Origin: Nannocystales bacterium
GTDB lineage: Bacteria > Myxococcota_A > Polyangia > Nannocystales > Nannocystaceae
Reading direction: 5' to 3'
Length of the DNA stretch: 64,000 nucleotides
NCBI GenBank assembly: GCA_050633305.1
Contig: JBOEGF010000005.1
Location: forward strand, 128,001 to 192,000
The number at the start of each line of letters is the position of its first letter. Position 1 is the first letter of the stretch. The position numbers and the translations under genes are program-made. Below, piece by piece: positions 50,017-59,189 of the stretch. The notes under the pieces were generated by a model. That model did not search any database. It saw only the letters and a list, made by a program, of their open reading frames with translations, and was not told where the DNA came from.

Positions 50017-51261
50017 TCAGTCCGTTCGCGGACTGCGGTCGGTCTGACACGCGGCGCGTAGCTTGGCGGCCGTCGCCGGGCTCGCTTCCTTGGCGTGGTG
50101 CTTTGCGAGGGCGATCGCCTGCTCTCGCTGACCTCGCCCGCATGTCGCTTGCACTTCGAGTACGTTGCGAAGGTCGGCAAGACTCGAGTTGGGGTGCTGC
50201 TTCGCGTGGGCGGCAATCGTGGAGAGTGCCGCGATGTGGTCTCCAGCCTCGAGCTGACGCCGAGCGGTGCCGAGCATCTTTGTCTCTCGCTCGAGGTCGT
50301 TGTTCGGAGCCGGTTCGGCTGGCGCGGCGGCAGCCGTCGACAATGCGCGCCGAGGCGTTGGTGTTGGCGCTGGCGTTGGGTCAGCCAGAACGACCGGTGC
50401 CGCCACGACCGGTGCAGAGGGAATGGGCGCGGGTGCGGGCGATGGAGCAGCTTCGCGGCGGGCCGGAGGGGAGGCGGTCGCGATGGCGAGCGGAGTGGAG
50501 GGGGCTGGGGGGTGGGGAAGCGCGGCATCGAGTCCGACCACACCCACGCAACCGAGCAGCGCACCGAGCCCGACCAGCTTCAACTTGGCGAGCAGCCCCG
50601 TGGTCGTCGCAGCAATGGGGACCCCGGAGCCGCTGAGCTTGGGGGCCAAGGCGGCCCAACATCGCTTCGCTGCATCGGTGGGGGGACGTGTCGACTGGCG
50701 CACGGCCTCCATGCATGCGGTCGGCGACAGCTCGCTCTCCGATTCCATCAAGTGCTTGCGGAGCTGTTGACGTGCGAGTCGAACCCGGGAGTACACGGTG
50801 TTGGGGCTCGTCCCAACAACACGGGCAATCTCAGGAGCACTCCATCCTTCGACCTCGCTGAGCACGAACGCGATCCGCTTGGGCTCGTCGAGCTGAGAGA
50901 GAAACGTTTCCATGGTGAGCGCCGCCTCGCGACGCTTCATCGGTTCGTTCGACTTGCGGGTATCGGAGACCGAGTAGGCGGCGAGCTTGCGTCGGTGCCG
51001 TTGCTCGGTACGGCGATAGTGAGAGGCAACGCGTCGGGCGATGCCGAACAGCCACGCCTTGACCGACGCTGAGGCTTCCAGCGACTCGAGCCGGCGGTGT
51101 ACGGTGACCCAAAGGTCCTGGGCGGCGTCGTCGATCGTCGCCGGGGGGACGCCGAGGCGGCGAAGGCTGGCCCAGGCGAACCCGAAGTACTCGCGGTACA
51201 GGGACGGGAAATCAGGCGCGAGTGCGCTGATCTGCATCGCCGTGCTGGACATCGCCCCCAT
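50017..51261 (-). CDS. ECF sigma factor fused to TM helix, Pro-rich linker and TPR-like domain (module C)
   Basis: FAWASLRRLGV..DDAAQDLWVTVHRRL..AWLFGIARR; EIARVVGTSPNTVYSR; TM; LERETKML helical domain. Confidence 0.88.
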   Translation of the reverse strand: MGAMSSTAMQISALAPDFPSLYREYFGFAWASLRRLGVPPATIDDAAQDLWVTVHRRLESLEASASVKAWLFGIARRVASHYRRTEQRHRRKLAAYSVSDTRKSNEPMKRREAALTMETFLSQLDEPKRIAFVLSEVEGWSAPEIARVVGTSPNTVYSRVRLARQQLRKHLMESESELSPTACMEAVRQSTRPPTDAAKRCWAALAPKLSGSGVPIAATTTGLLAKLKLVGLGALLGCVGVVGLDAALPHPPAPSTPLAIATASPPARREAAPSPAPAPIPSAPVVAAPVVLADPTPAPTPTPRRALSTAAAAPAEPAPNNDLERETKMLGTARRQLEAGDHIAALSTIAAHAKQHPNSSLADLRNVLEVQATCGRGQREQAIALAKHHAKEASPATAAKLRAACQTDRSPRTD

Positions 51262-51354
51262 CCACCCATCGTAATGGCCGGCTTCGAGTCGACCCGTCAC
51301 GGGAAGAAGAAAATAGTTGTGCGTGATTCGCGCAGGTGCGCGAGGGCGGATTCG

Positions 51355-52386
51355 CTACTTGAGGGGGGGTCCGGAGAGTCGAACCTCAAGGCCCACCAGG
51401 CCGCGAACGCCGACGGGCTCCGGGCGATAGACCCCTTCGACCATGGAGGGGTCGGAGGGATCGACGAGCTCAAAGTCGGGGAAACGCAGGGGCACGATCA
51501 CCTGAGCCGAGACCCAGAGGCTTAGGCGGTCCGCGAAGGCCCACCGAATTCCGGGCTCGGCGTGCGCCGCCAGCCAAAGGGCGTTGGTGATCCCGCCGCC
51601 CGGAGCGTTGCTGTCGGCACGCATCGCGCCCAACTCAACCCCGGCACAAAGGGGAATCTCGAGCGGCCCCGCAGGGAGGGTCGCGCAGAAGCGCGGCGCC
51701 ACCGTGCCGAGCTGGATACCGACACGCGCGTTGTCGCTCGTCGCATCGCGTTCGATCGAATACTGCCCCACAAGCTCGACGCGCAGGCGACCGGCCGCGC
51801 CGAGTCCCGCGAGCGCCACGCCAAGATCGAAGCTGCCGGTGCCTCCGGGGACCGCGCCGTACTCGCCGCCGCCTCGAACCCGGCCAAGAACACGGGGCAC
51901 GAATGGGGTGCGCGACCGATCGGCTCGGCGGGGCTCGGGCTCTCGTTGAGGTTCGGGCTCAGGCTCCGCTTCGACCGGAGGGGTTTGGGGCGGTTGCACC
52001 GGCGTTGCTGCGACCTCGTTCCGGGCAGCCTCGGCTGCAGCAGCCTCGTCCTCGATGCTGTCCGCGGCTTGAACGGGGTCGAGCATCACCACGGCAACCA
52101 GCGCGGCGGCGTCCGCGAGCACGCTACAGTCGTTGGCGTCGAGGCTTCGCTCATCGACCAAGGTACCGACGGTCGTCTTGAGGGTGAGGGTCCATCCTGA
52201 CGGGGCCGCCTCGATACGCCCGTCGAGCTTGAGTTCTGCGGGGTCGAGGGGTCGACCCAACAGCGCATCGATCTGTGATTGCACCCGCTCTTGGTCGGGG
52301 CAGCCCGCCGGCGCAGTCCACCGCACGGGCGGATCTGGGAGGACCGGCACCGGTTGGATGGCCGCGATGAGGCTCCAGGCCAACAA
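51355..52386 (-). CDS. Secreted protein with WxAPxxCP N-domain and predicted beta-barrel (module C, gene 1)
   Basis: WTAPAGCP, RSLDANDC..DAAALV, Pro/Glu linker, beta-strands ending GLEVRL; paralog of 29259-30260. Confidence 0.72.
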   Translation of the reverse strand: MLAWSLIAAIQPVPVLPDPPVRWTAPAGCPDQERVQSQIDALLGRPLDPAELKLDGRIEAAPSGWTLTLKTTVGTLVDERSLDANDCSVLADAAALVAVVMLDPVQAADSIEDEAAAAEAARNEVAATPVQPPQTPPVEAEPEPEPQREPEPRRADRSRTPFVPRVLGRVRGGGEYGAVPGGTGSFDLGVALAGLGAAGRLRVELVGQYSIERDATSDNARVGIQLGTVAPRFCATLPAGPLEIPLCAGVELGAMRADSNAPGGGITNALWLAAHAEPGIRWAFADRLSLWVSAQVIVPLRFPDFELVDPSDPSMVEGVYRPEPVGVRGLVGLEVRLSGPPLK

Positions 52387-52523
52387 GAACCGGAGGGTAG
52401 CAGGCTGCCGACGTTGTTCGGAACGTACTGTAGCCAACGCCGGCCCTGAATGTTGTCGGGCTCACTTGGAAGTCCCCGAACTCCTCTGTTCGGCGTTGCC
52501 CGAACACGGCAAAGTCGGCCGCG

Positions 52524-53330
52524 ATGCCACGGAACGCCGGTCGAACCATGTTGGGCAATGCGCTGTGGGCTCCGTACTCGGTTGCGGTCCTCGGTGGCGG
52601 ACTGGCGTGGATGGGGGGACTGTGGGCGAGCGCGCTTCCCTTCACGCTCTTCCAGCCGTTCGAGAAGTTCCAGATGAAGTGGGTGCAGCCCAATGTCGCG
52701 ACGCCGCTGAAGTTCGCGCTCAGCAAGCTCGACGTCGACTACGACCCCGGGTTCGACAAGACCAAGATGTCGGTCTTCATGCAGAACCACGTCAGCATGT
52801 TCGACGCAGGCATCGCGTGCGGCTCGATCCCGGTTCCGTTGTGCGGGCTCGAGAACGCCGCGCACCTGCAGCTTCCCGGCTACGGGTGGCTGTTGAGGAT
52901 GTCCAACGCGATCCCTGTTCGGAAGGGCGGCCGGCGCTACGAGGAGATCGCAGCCGCGTTCGAGGAGCGTGCGTCGCGGGGTATCTCAGTCCTGACCTTC
53001 CCCGAAGCTCACCGGACGCTCGACGGAAACGTGGGCAAGTTCAAGCGGGGCGTCTTCAAGATCTCGGTAAAATCCAACCTTCCGATCGCACCCCTGTGCG
53101 TGCGCGGTGCCTACAAGCTGCTGCCCAAGGGCCAGTTCACGATTCGGCCGGCCAAGGTCGAGGTGTACATGCCTCCGCAGATCGACACGACCGCGCTCAC
53201 CGACGACGATGTGCCCGAGTTGATGGAGCGCGTGCACGAGGTGATGCGGTCGTGGGTCGAGGATGGTGTCAAGCGCCCCGAACTCTGCACGGCGCCGTTC
53301 GGCTCCCAGCGGACGGACACCGAGGCCTGA
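52524..53330 (+). CDS. Lysophospholipid acyltransferase (PlsC family)
   Basis: NHVSMFD (HxxxxD) and FPEAHRT..FKRG motifs. Confidence 0.9.
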   Translation: MPRNAGRTMLGNALWAPYSVAVLGGGLAWMGGLWASALPFTLFQPFEKFQMKWVQPNVATPLKFALSKLDVDYDPGFDKTKMSVFMQNHVSMFDAGIACGSIPVPLCGLENAAHLQLPGYGWLLRMSNAIPVRKGGRRYEEIAAAFEERASRGISVLTFPEAHRTLDGNVGKFKRGVFKISVKSNLPIAPLCVRGAYKLLPKGQFTIRPAKVEVYMPPQIDTTALTDDDVPELMERVHEVMRSWVEDGVKRPELCTAPFGSQRTDTEA

Positions 53331-53557
53331 CTCCGCTCGCAGCGCACCTCGACACCATGTGGCCCCGGATGGGTCGTTTCGGAAACCTGTAGGGGTGTTT
53401 CAGGACAACACGCAGATCGTATCGCTTTGGATCGAGGCGACGTCGGTTGCTTGCGGCGTGCCGGACTAACCCCCCAGGATCACGTCATACTGGGCCGCTC
53501 GAGCCCGGTGGCGTCCTCCTTGCTCCATACGGCGGAGTGGTGGGGCGAGGATGGTTC

Positions 53558-54145
53558 ATGGGGGTACTGCTGTGCTTGTCGGCCTGCGGGGGCGCAGCAT
53601 CCGAGGCATCTGCTGAGCGTGGGCTCGGCGACGCGGACGGGGTCTACGGCTCCTGTGCCGAGCAGGCATGCGGTGAGGCGCCTGTGGGCGGGAACTGTTG
53701 GTGCGACGAAGCTTGTGTCGAACACGGGGATTGCTGCGGGGACAAGGTCGACGCGTGTGGCGGAGTCGGGCCGGACCCCCTGCTGCCGGTTCTTTGCGAC
53801 TCGCCGACGGACTGCTCGTCGGGCCTCACCTGCGACACCTCGGCCTGCTACTCGAGTTGCCGCGAAGGCGAGGACTGTGACGAAGAATGCTTGGGTCTGT
53901 GCGTCGAGCCCCAGCAGCAGGCCCTCCCGGCCCCGACCCCTGATGACGGAGACCCTGGCGAACCGGAGGACGAGCCGGAGTCGGAGGACGAGCCCGACCC
54001 AGACTCGGATGACGCGGTCGAGCCGGAGATCCCCGAGTGCAACTGCGAGGATGAAGCGGACCTGTGTGTCCCGCTGTGTCCGGTTTGCCCCCCTGAGGTT
54101 CCCGACGCGGAGTGTCAGTGCACCGTGGTGTGCGTGACCGTCTGA
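53558..54145 (+). CDS. Cys-rich lipoprotein with somatomedin-B-like domain
   Basis: LSAC lipobox; SCAEQACG..CWCDEACVEHGDCCGD. Start may lie slightly upstream. Confidence 0.75.
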   Translation: MGVLLCLSACGGAASEASAERGLGDADGVYGSCAEQACGEAPVGGNCWCDEACVEHGDCCGDKVDACGGVGPDPLLPVLCDSPTDCSSGLTCDTSACYSSCREGEDCDEECLGLCVEPQQQALPAPTPDDGDPGEPEDEPESEDEPDPDSDDAVEPEIPECNCEDEADLCVPLCPVCPPEVPDAECQCTVVCVTV

Positions 54146-54164
54146 GAGCGATATCCTGTGGGCG

Positions 54165-55106
54165 TTGAGTTCCACACCAGGCCGGCCCGCAGATGCTCCC
54201 TCCTTCGCCGAGATCGAGGCCTTCACGGCCGTGGTCGCGCACGGGAGCTTTTCTTCCGCCGCAACCCGGCTTGGGGTTGCGAAGTCCAGCGTCAGTCGTC
54301 GGGTGGCTTCGCTCGAGCAACGGTTGGGCGCACGGCTCTTGCAACGCTCGACGCGGCGACTCGCGCTGACTGAGGTCGGCGAGCGCTACCACCAACAGGT
54401 CGCGCTCGCGCTCGAAGGGCTTCGTGCTGCTGAGGATGCCGTCCGCGAAGTCCAGGACGAACCGCGCGGCGAGTTGAGGGTGACCGCACCCGTGGACCTC
54501 GGCGCCCTGCTCGGGTCGCTGATTGCAGAGTTTCGTGCCGCGTTCCCCAAGGTCGTCGTCAGCGCCACGCTCACCCAGCGCCGGGTTGACCTCGTTCGGG
54601 AAGGCTTCGACATCGCGCTTCGAGCAGGCGAACTCCAAGACAGCTCGTTGATGGCGAGGAAGCTCGATGGTGGCGAGAGTGTCGTCATCGCGTCCCCCGG
54701 TTTCCTCGAGCTTCACGAACGACCGACGACGCTCGCGGAAGTGGCGGAGCTTCCCTGGGTGCTTTTTCGGGGCAACCACGGCCAGATGACGTTGTCGTGG
54801 AACGATCTCGCCGGGGAACCCGTCGTCGTGCGAGGGGAAATCACGGGGGACGAGTTTGGATTCGTGCGTGCCGCCGTGGCCCAGGGTGCTGGGATCGGCG
54901 TGGTGCCGCGTTTCGTGGCCGAAGAGGACTTGCAAGCGGGGCGGTTGGTCCGGCTTCTTCCCGAGCTGCCCAAGCTGCGCACCTCCTTGGCGCTGGTCTT
55001 TCCAAGCCGCGAGTACATGCCGGCCAAGGTCCGCGCGTTCACGGACTTCGCCGTCCCGTGGTTCAGACGTACGCTCTCGTACGACGAGTCACCAGCGTCG
55101 TCATGA
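54165..55106 (+). CDS. LysR-family transcriptional regulator
   Basis: GSFSSAATRLGVAKSSVSRRVASLEQRLGARLLQRSTR HTH; DLVREGFDIALR. Confidence 0.95.
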   Translation: MSSTPGRPADAPSFAEIEAFTAVVAHGSFSSAATRLGVAKSSVSRRVASLEQRLGARLLQRSTRRLALTEVGERYHQQVALALEGLRAAEDAVREVQDEPRGELRVTAPVDLGALLGSLIAEFRAAFPKVVVSATLTQRRVDLVREGFDIALRAGELQDSSLMARKLDGGESVVIASPGFLELHERPTTLAEVAELPWVLFRGNHGQMTLSWNDLAGEPVVVRGEITGDEFGFVRAAVAQGAGIGVVPRFVAEEDLQAGRLVRLLPELPKLRTSLALVFPSREYMPAKVRAFTDFAVPWFRRTLSYDESPASS

Positions 55107-55196
55107 CCCCTCGCCCCGATCCTTCGCGAGCCACCGCGTCGAGGTTACGAGATGTGCTCTGGTCTCGCGAAACCGGAACTCCTTCGCGCCTGCGGC

Positions 55197-56099
55197 TCAT
55201 CGGACAACGTCGATGCTGAAGGCACGCCATGCGACGCCGCCCCGAGCGTCCGTCACAACGACCCAAGCGTGAACGGTGGTGGCCTCGGGTGGGGCGGTCC
55301 ACAAAGTGGATGCGACCGGAGGCGCGCTCTGCGAGTCGGTCAGGGTCTGTTGGCCCGCGCTCAGCTGACCGTCTGTGACGAACCACTGGACTCGCAGCCA
55401 TTCTCGTTCGTCGACGAGGACACCGTTCGCGCTGTCGTAGCGCACGTAGGCCTCGGCGGCGGTGGTGGGCAACTCGACCGTGATGGTTGTCTCCGAGTCG
55501 TGGTTGACGGTGGCGATGTCGTTGGCGGAAAGGGGGACTTCGTCGAGCGAGACTTCGTGAATCCGTGGCGTCTCGTTTGCGAGGTAGCGTTCTTCAAAGG
55601 CGTCAAAGATCGCCCGGGTCACGCCGGGGAGGTCGCACCGAATGCGGAGGGCGCCAAACGCCACGGCATCGCCCGCTTGGGCCCGAACCGGAAGAAAGTA
55701 GCCCCCACTCGGGTCGGGGTCCGCAGGTCGCTGGGGCTCCGAGTCTCCCTCGGTTGGCGGTGGGTTGGGTCCGAAGCGCGCGCAGGCGTCGGAGAGAACG
55801 AGCATCGACGCGGGGGTCGGCTCGAGAAACTCTTCTTCGAGGCATGGTGCGGTGACTGACGTCCGCTCTGCAGCGGTCCGGGGCCGGGTGCAGACCGACC
55901 ACGTTGGAGTCTCGGCGAGTGTGCCGTCCAGGGACACGGCCAACGTGGAGAGCATGACGGGGTCACCCGGGCGGGCCTCCGCAGGCGTGGATGCGATCGC
56001 GAGGACGCGGGGCTCCTCGACCCGCCAGGGCGCATCGTCGAACTCGGGGGTGCACCCCAGGACCGCGAACGAAGCCAGCGCTGCTGCCAGGCGGGTCAT
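55197..56099 (-). CDS. Hypothetical lipoprotein (TBDR-associated)
   Basis: VLGC lipobox; PRVLAIASTPAEARPG; ATGA overlap with the TBDR gene. Confidence 0.75.
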   Translation of the reverse strand: MTRLAAALASFAVLGCTPEFDDAPWRVEEPRVLAIASTPAEARPGDPVMLSTLAVSLDGTLAETPTWSVCTRPRTAAERTSVTAPCLEEEFLEPTPASMLVLSDACARFGPNPPPTEGDSEPQRPADPDPSGGYFLPVRAQAGDAVAFGALRIRCDLPGVTRAIFDAFEERYLANETPRIHEVSLDEVPLSANDIATVNHDSETTITVELPTTAAEAYVRYDSANGVLVDEREWLRVQWFVTDGQLSAGQQTLTDSQSAPPVASTLWTAPPEATTVHAWVVVTDARGGVAWRAFSIDVVR

Positions 56100-58453
56100 A
56101 GCCGGACCTCCACACCGAGCATCGGCAGCACTGGGAGGCCTCGTACAACGCCTCGGCGCGTGTAGTCGGCGCTGTAGAAGTACTCGTACGCGTTCGCACG
56201 GTTGGTGGCGTTCTGCACGTCGAGCCAGGTTTCGAGGGAGGCTGAGGGCCACGACTTCCGGTATGCCAAACGGGCGGACAGCTCGAAGAACAGCGGGAGT
56301 CGAGTGGCGTTGTGGGACGCGAAGACCGGGTCCCAGTTGGCCGATCGGGTGTTGGGTACGGCGGTCGCGACTGCGGTCCGTGGAAAACCCGAGGTCAGCG
56401 ACGCGCGGCCGTCCACGGACACCCCCGATCTGTGAGTCCACGATGCGGTCGCGGTCAACAGGTGGGGCTGGTCGAAGTCCGAGCGACGCCAGCTGGCCGC
56501 GCCCGGGTCCTGCCGCTCCGTGCGGGTCCAACCGTAGACCAGCCGGGTGGAGACGCTGTCGATCGGTCGGGCCGTCGCGACAACTTGGCCGCCGAAGCTT
56601 CGGCTCTCCGTCTCGTTGCTCAGCAGGGCGGCCGTGGGTGGAGTTGGGCTGGGAGTGCGGCCGACCAGGCCGTGACCTCGGAGGAAGAACCCCATCGCCC
56701 CAAGGCTGAGCCGTTCGAACACCCCACCGCTGAGGCCGCCCACGACATGCTCAGAGGTTGCGGGCCGTAGCCGGGGGTTGCCGAACACCGGCGAGAGGTC
56801 TCCGGCATCGGGAGACTGCATGTAGCGTCCTCCTGCGGCGAACGTGGTCAGGCTCTGGGTGGGGGTCCATCGCAGCTGCGCCCGAGGAAGGACGCCCACC
56901 TGGGTCGCGGCGTGGCCGATCGCGGGCTCCACCGGCCGAACCGGCAGGATGCGGTCTCCCGCCTGGAGCGTGGGCTCGATACGAATACCGGGCTCGAATC
57001 GCCATCGGTCGTCGCTCCAAGAGAACGCCGTGGTGGCGTAGCCGGCCACAGAGGCCTGGGTCGACCGCCACGCGTCCGCGCCGACGCGGTCCCCGGGGGG
57101 CTGACCGAACACGGTGATGTCGCCTTCGCGGGCGGGAAGCGTCAGCGCACCTTCACGTTGCAACGAGGCTCGGGCGAGCTCCCCATCGATGCCCCAACGC
57201 AACTCCAACCATCGTGTCAGCGGGCGCGCCTGCGCGAGACGGACTCCACCTCGCCAGGTGTCGCTTTGGGCTCCGACCGCCACGGTTGTGAAGTCTTGGC
57301 GGACTCGGTCTCGGTCCACCCCGAACCACGAGGCAACCTCCGCGGTCCCGCCGTCGCTGCGGGTCCACTGCAGCCGCGCACCCAAGCGGTGGAATCCCGC
57401 GAAGGTGGTCTCCGAGAAGGCGACATCCGCCGTCCGGGCAGGCAAGGAGCGCTGGACCCGGTCCTCGGCGCCCAAGCCCAGAACGTGCAGCGTGAGGTCG
57501 TGGCGAAGCTCGACCGTTGCCTTCGCTTGGTAGTCCCAGCTCTCGGGTAGTGGCACGACCTCGCGAGTCGAACGGGGGGCGACGCGGCCGAAGGTTTGGG
57601 ACAAGACGCTTCGTCGGATGGAGAGCGCCAGGTGGCCCCGATCTCCAGCGAACGTGTCAACGCCCGCGCCGACGTCGATCGGGTCGGCGCGGACATAGCC
57701 ACCCACACGCTTCGCTCGATCGACAGGAGGGTCGGCCGTGGTGACGCGGATGAGGCCGCCGAGGGCTCGGCCATATCGTGCGCCGTATCCACCGGGGGAC
57801 ACGGAGACCGATCCCACCCGGGGCGAGGGAAGCACGGAGCGGCCGCCGCCCATATGGAACAACCGCGGGACGAGAATCCAGTCGACTTGTCGGCGTGTCT
57901 GGGACGGAGGTGTCCCCCATAGGACGAGCTCGCCGGTTCCGAGCGCGGGGCGTCCTACACCCCCGAGAACTTGTGCTGCCTTGATCGCGTCTCCCTGGCT
58001 CCCAGCGACCCGTTGTCCCTCTTTGGCGTCGAGCGTCGCTTCGGCGGATTCGAGGGCCGGGCGAACGGTGCGAACCTCTTCGAGTTCGTCGATGGTGTCG
58101 TCGGGGGGGGAAGCGACCGGTTCGGGCTCGAAGACGTAGACGAACTCGATCTCCACCGGGATGGGCGTGGTGCCTTCGCGGGCGGGCGTGAACACGAACG
58201 CCTCCGCAGCCTGGAGGGCCGCTCCCTCGAACGCCGGGTCGGTCGAGCCGAGAACACGAGCGGACTCGACGAGGCCATCGATGCCGATCACCAGCGCGAG
58301 GGTGACCTCGGCTCGTTCGGTTGGAGGAGGCCCGTCCGGGCGCACGGCGGTCGGGCTGTCCACGAGCGTGGGCGGGACGACGGCGGATTCCTCGCTCGCC
58401 GATGGTTGGGCGCCGAGCAAGCCCGCGACGACGAGCAGGGCAGCAGGGGACAC
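56096..58453 (-). CDS. TonB-dependent receptor with N-terminal TonB_C-like domain
   Basis: TonB_C-like segment (IGIDGLVESARV..FVFTPA..PIPV); plug (GDAIKA..LFHMGG..PGGYGARYG); barrel ending NATNRAN..GLPVLPMLGVEVRL. Confidence 0.88.
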   Translation of the reverse strand: MSPAALLVVAGLLGAQPSASEESAVVPPTLVDSPTAVRPDGPPPTERAEVTLALVIGIDGLVESARVLGSTDPAFEGAALQAAEAFVFTPAREGTTPIPVEIEFVYVFEPEPVASPPDDTIDELEEVRTVRPALESAEATLDAKEGQRVAGSQGDAIKAAQVLGGVGRPALGTGELVLWGTPPSQTRRQVDWILVPRLFHMGGGRSVLPSPRVGSVSVSPGGYGARYGRALGGLIRVTTADPPVDRAKRVGGYVRADPIDVGAGVDTFAGDRGHLALSIRRSVLSQTFGRVAPRSTREVVPLPESWDYQAKATVELRHDLTLHVLGLGAEDRVQRSLPARTADVAFSETTFAGFHRLGARLQWTRSDGGTAEVASWFGVDRDRVRQDFTTVAVGAQSDTWRGGVRLAQARPLTRWLELRWGIDGELARASLQREGALTLPAREGDITVFGQPPGDRVGADAWRSTQASVAGYATTAFSWSDDRWRFEPGIRIEPTLQAGDRILPVRPVEPAIGHAATQVGVLPRAQLRWTPTQSLTTFAAGGRYMQSPDAGDLSPVFGNPRLRPATSEHVVGGLSGGVFERLSLGAMGFFLRGHGLVGRTPSPTPPTAALLSNETESRSFGGQVVATARPIDSVSTRLVYGWTRTERQDPGAASWRRSDFDQPHLLTATASWTHRSGVSVDGRASLTSGFPRTAVATAVPNTRSANWDPVFASHNATRLPLFFELSARLAYRKSWPSASLETWLDVQNATNRANAYEYFYSADYTRRGVVRGLPVLPMLGVEVRL

Positions 58454-58454
58454 G

Positions 58455-59189
58455 CTAGCCTCCGGTGAACTTCCACGCCTTCGCGTAGGTTGAGGCGACT
58501 GGTCTGCCGCACGCCGTCGCGGGCTTGAACTGCCAGCGTGCGAAGGCGTCCCTCGCCGGAGGTTCGACCAAGGCGCCGGGCGATTCCACGACCTTGATGG
58601 ACGTGACCATGCCGCTACGGTCAACGCTTGCGCGCAGGACGAGCTTCCCCGAAATGCCGGAGCGGAGCGCCGCGGAGGGAAACTTGGCCTTCACCTTGGT
58701 GGTGGGCACCGGTTTCACCACTGGTTCGGTGCAGCGCTTGGCGTTGCCGCGCTGCTGCCCTTTCGGAGGCCGGGCGTTGCTGTACCGCTTGCCGAGCTTT
58801 CGTGGTGCGGAGCCCGCGGTCGAGGGGGTCGGGGTCGGGGACGCCGACGCCGGTGCAGGGCCGGGTGAGCTCTCGGGGGCAGGGGGCAGGGGGCTCGGGT
58901 TCGGAGGCGCGGGACTTGGGCTTGGCGTGGGCCGTCGTGGCCGTGGCGTGGGTGCGGGCGGTTCGGGGGTCGGCGACTCGGGCTCGGGACCAGGCTCTGG
59001 CTCGGGGGTGGGCTCGGGTTCGGGGGTCGCTGCGATCGGAGCGGCCGGCTCGGGAAGATCGACGAGCTCGATCGTGGTGACCTCGAGCGGCGGATCCGGC
59101 GGAGGCTCGACGTCGACGTCGAGGCTGCCCAAACCGAGGAACGCCACCGCGTGGGTCAGCAGCGTCGCAAATCCGGCGATCGCCTTCAT
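58455..59189 (-). CDS. tonB: Energy transducer TonB
   Basis: TM with conserved His (LLTHA), Pro-rich spacer, FPSAALRSGISGKLVL..VDRSG..WQFKPA. Confidence 0.88.
   Translation of the reverse strand: MKAIAGFATLLTHAVAFLGLGSLDVDVEPPPDPPLEVTTIELVDLPEPAAPIAATPEPEPTPEPEPGPEPESPTPEPPAPTPRPRRPTPSPSPAPPNPSPLPPAPESSPGPAPASASPTPTPSTAGSAPRKLGKRYSNARPPKGQQRGNAKRCTEPVVKPVPTTKVKAKFPSAALRSGISGKLVLRASVDRSGMVTSIKVVESPGALVEPPARDAFARWQFKPATACGRPVASTYAKAWKFTGG

Noticed and set aside
49890..50564. Long N-terminal extension of ORF 49131-50564 (similarly 12225, 29954, 32762, 38803 and 47349)
   Set aside because: The extensions overlap other genes; signal peptides and motifs point to the downstream starts used here.
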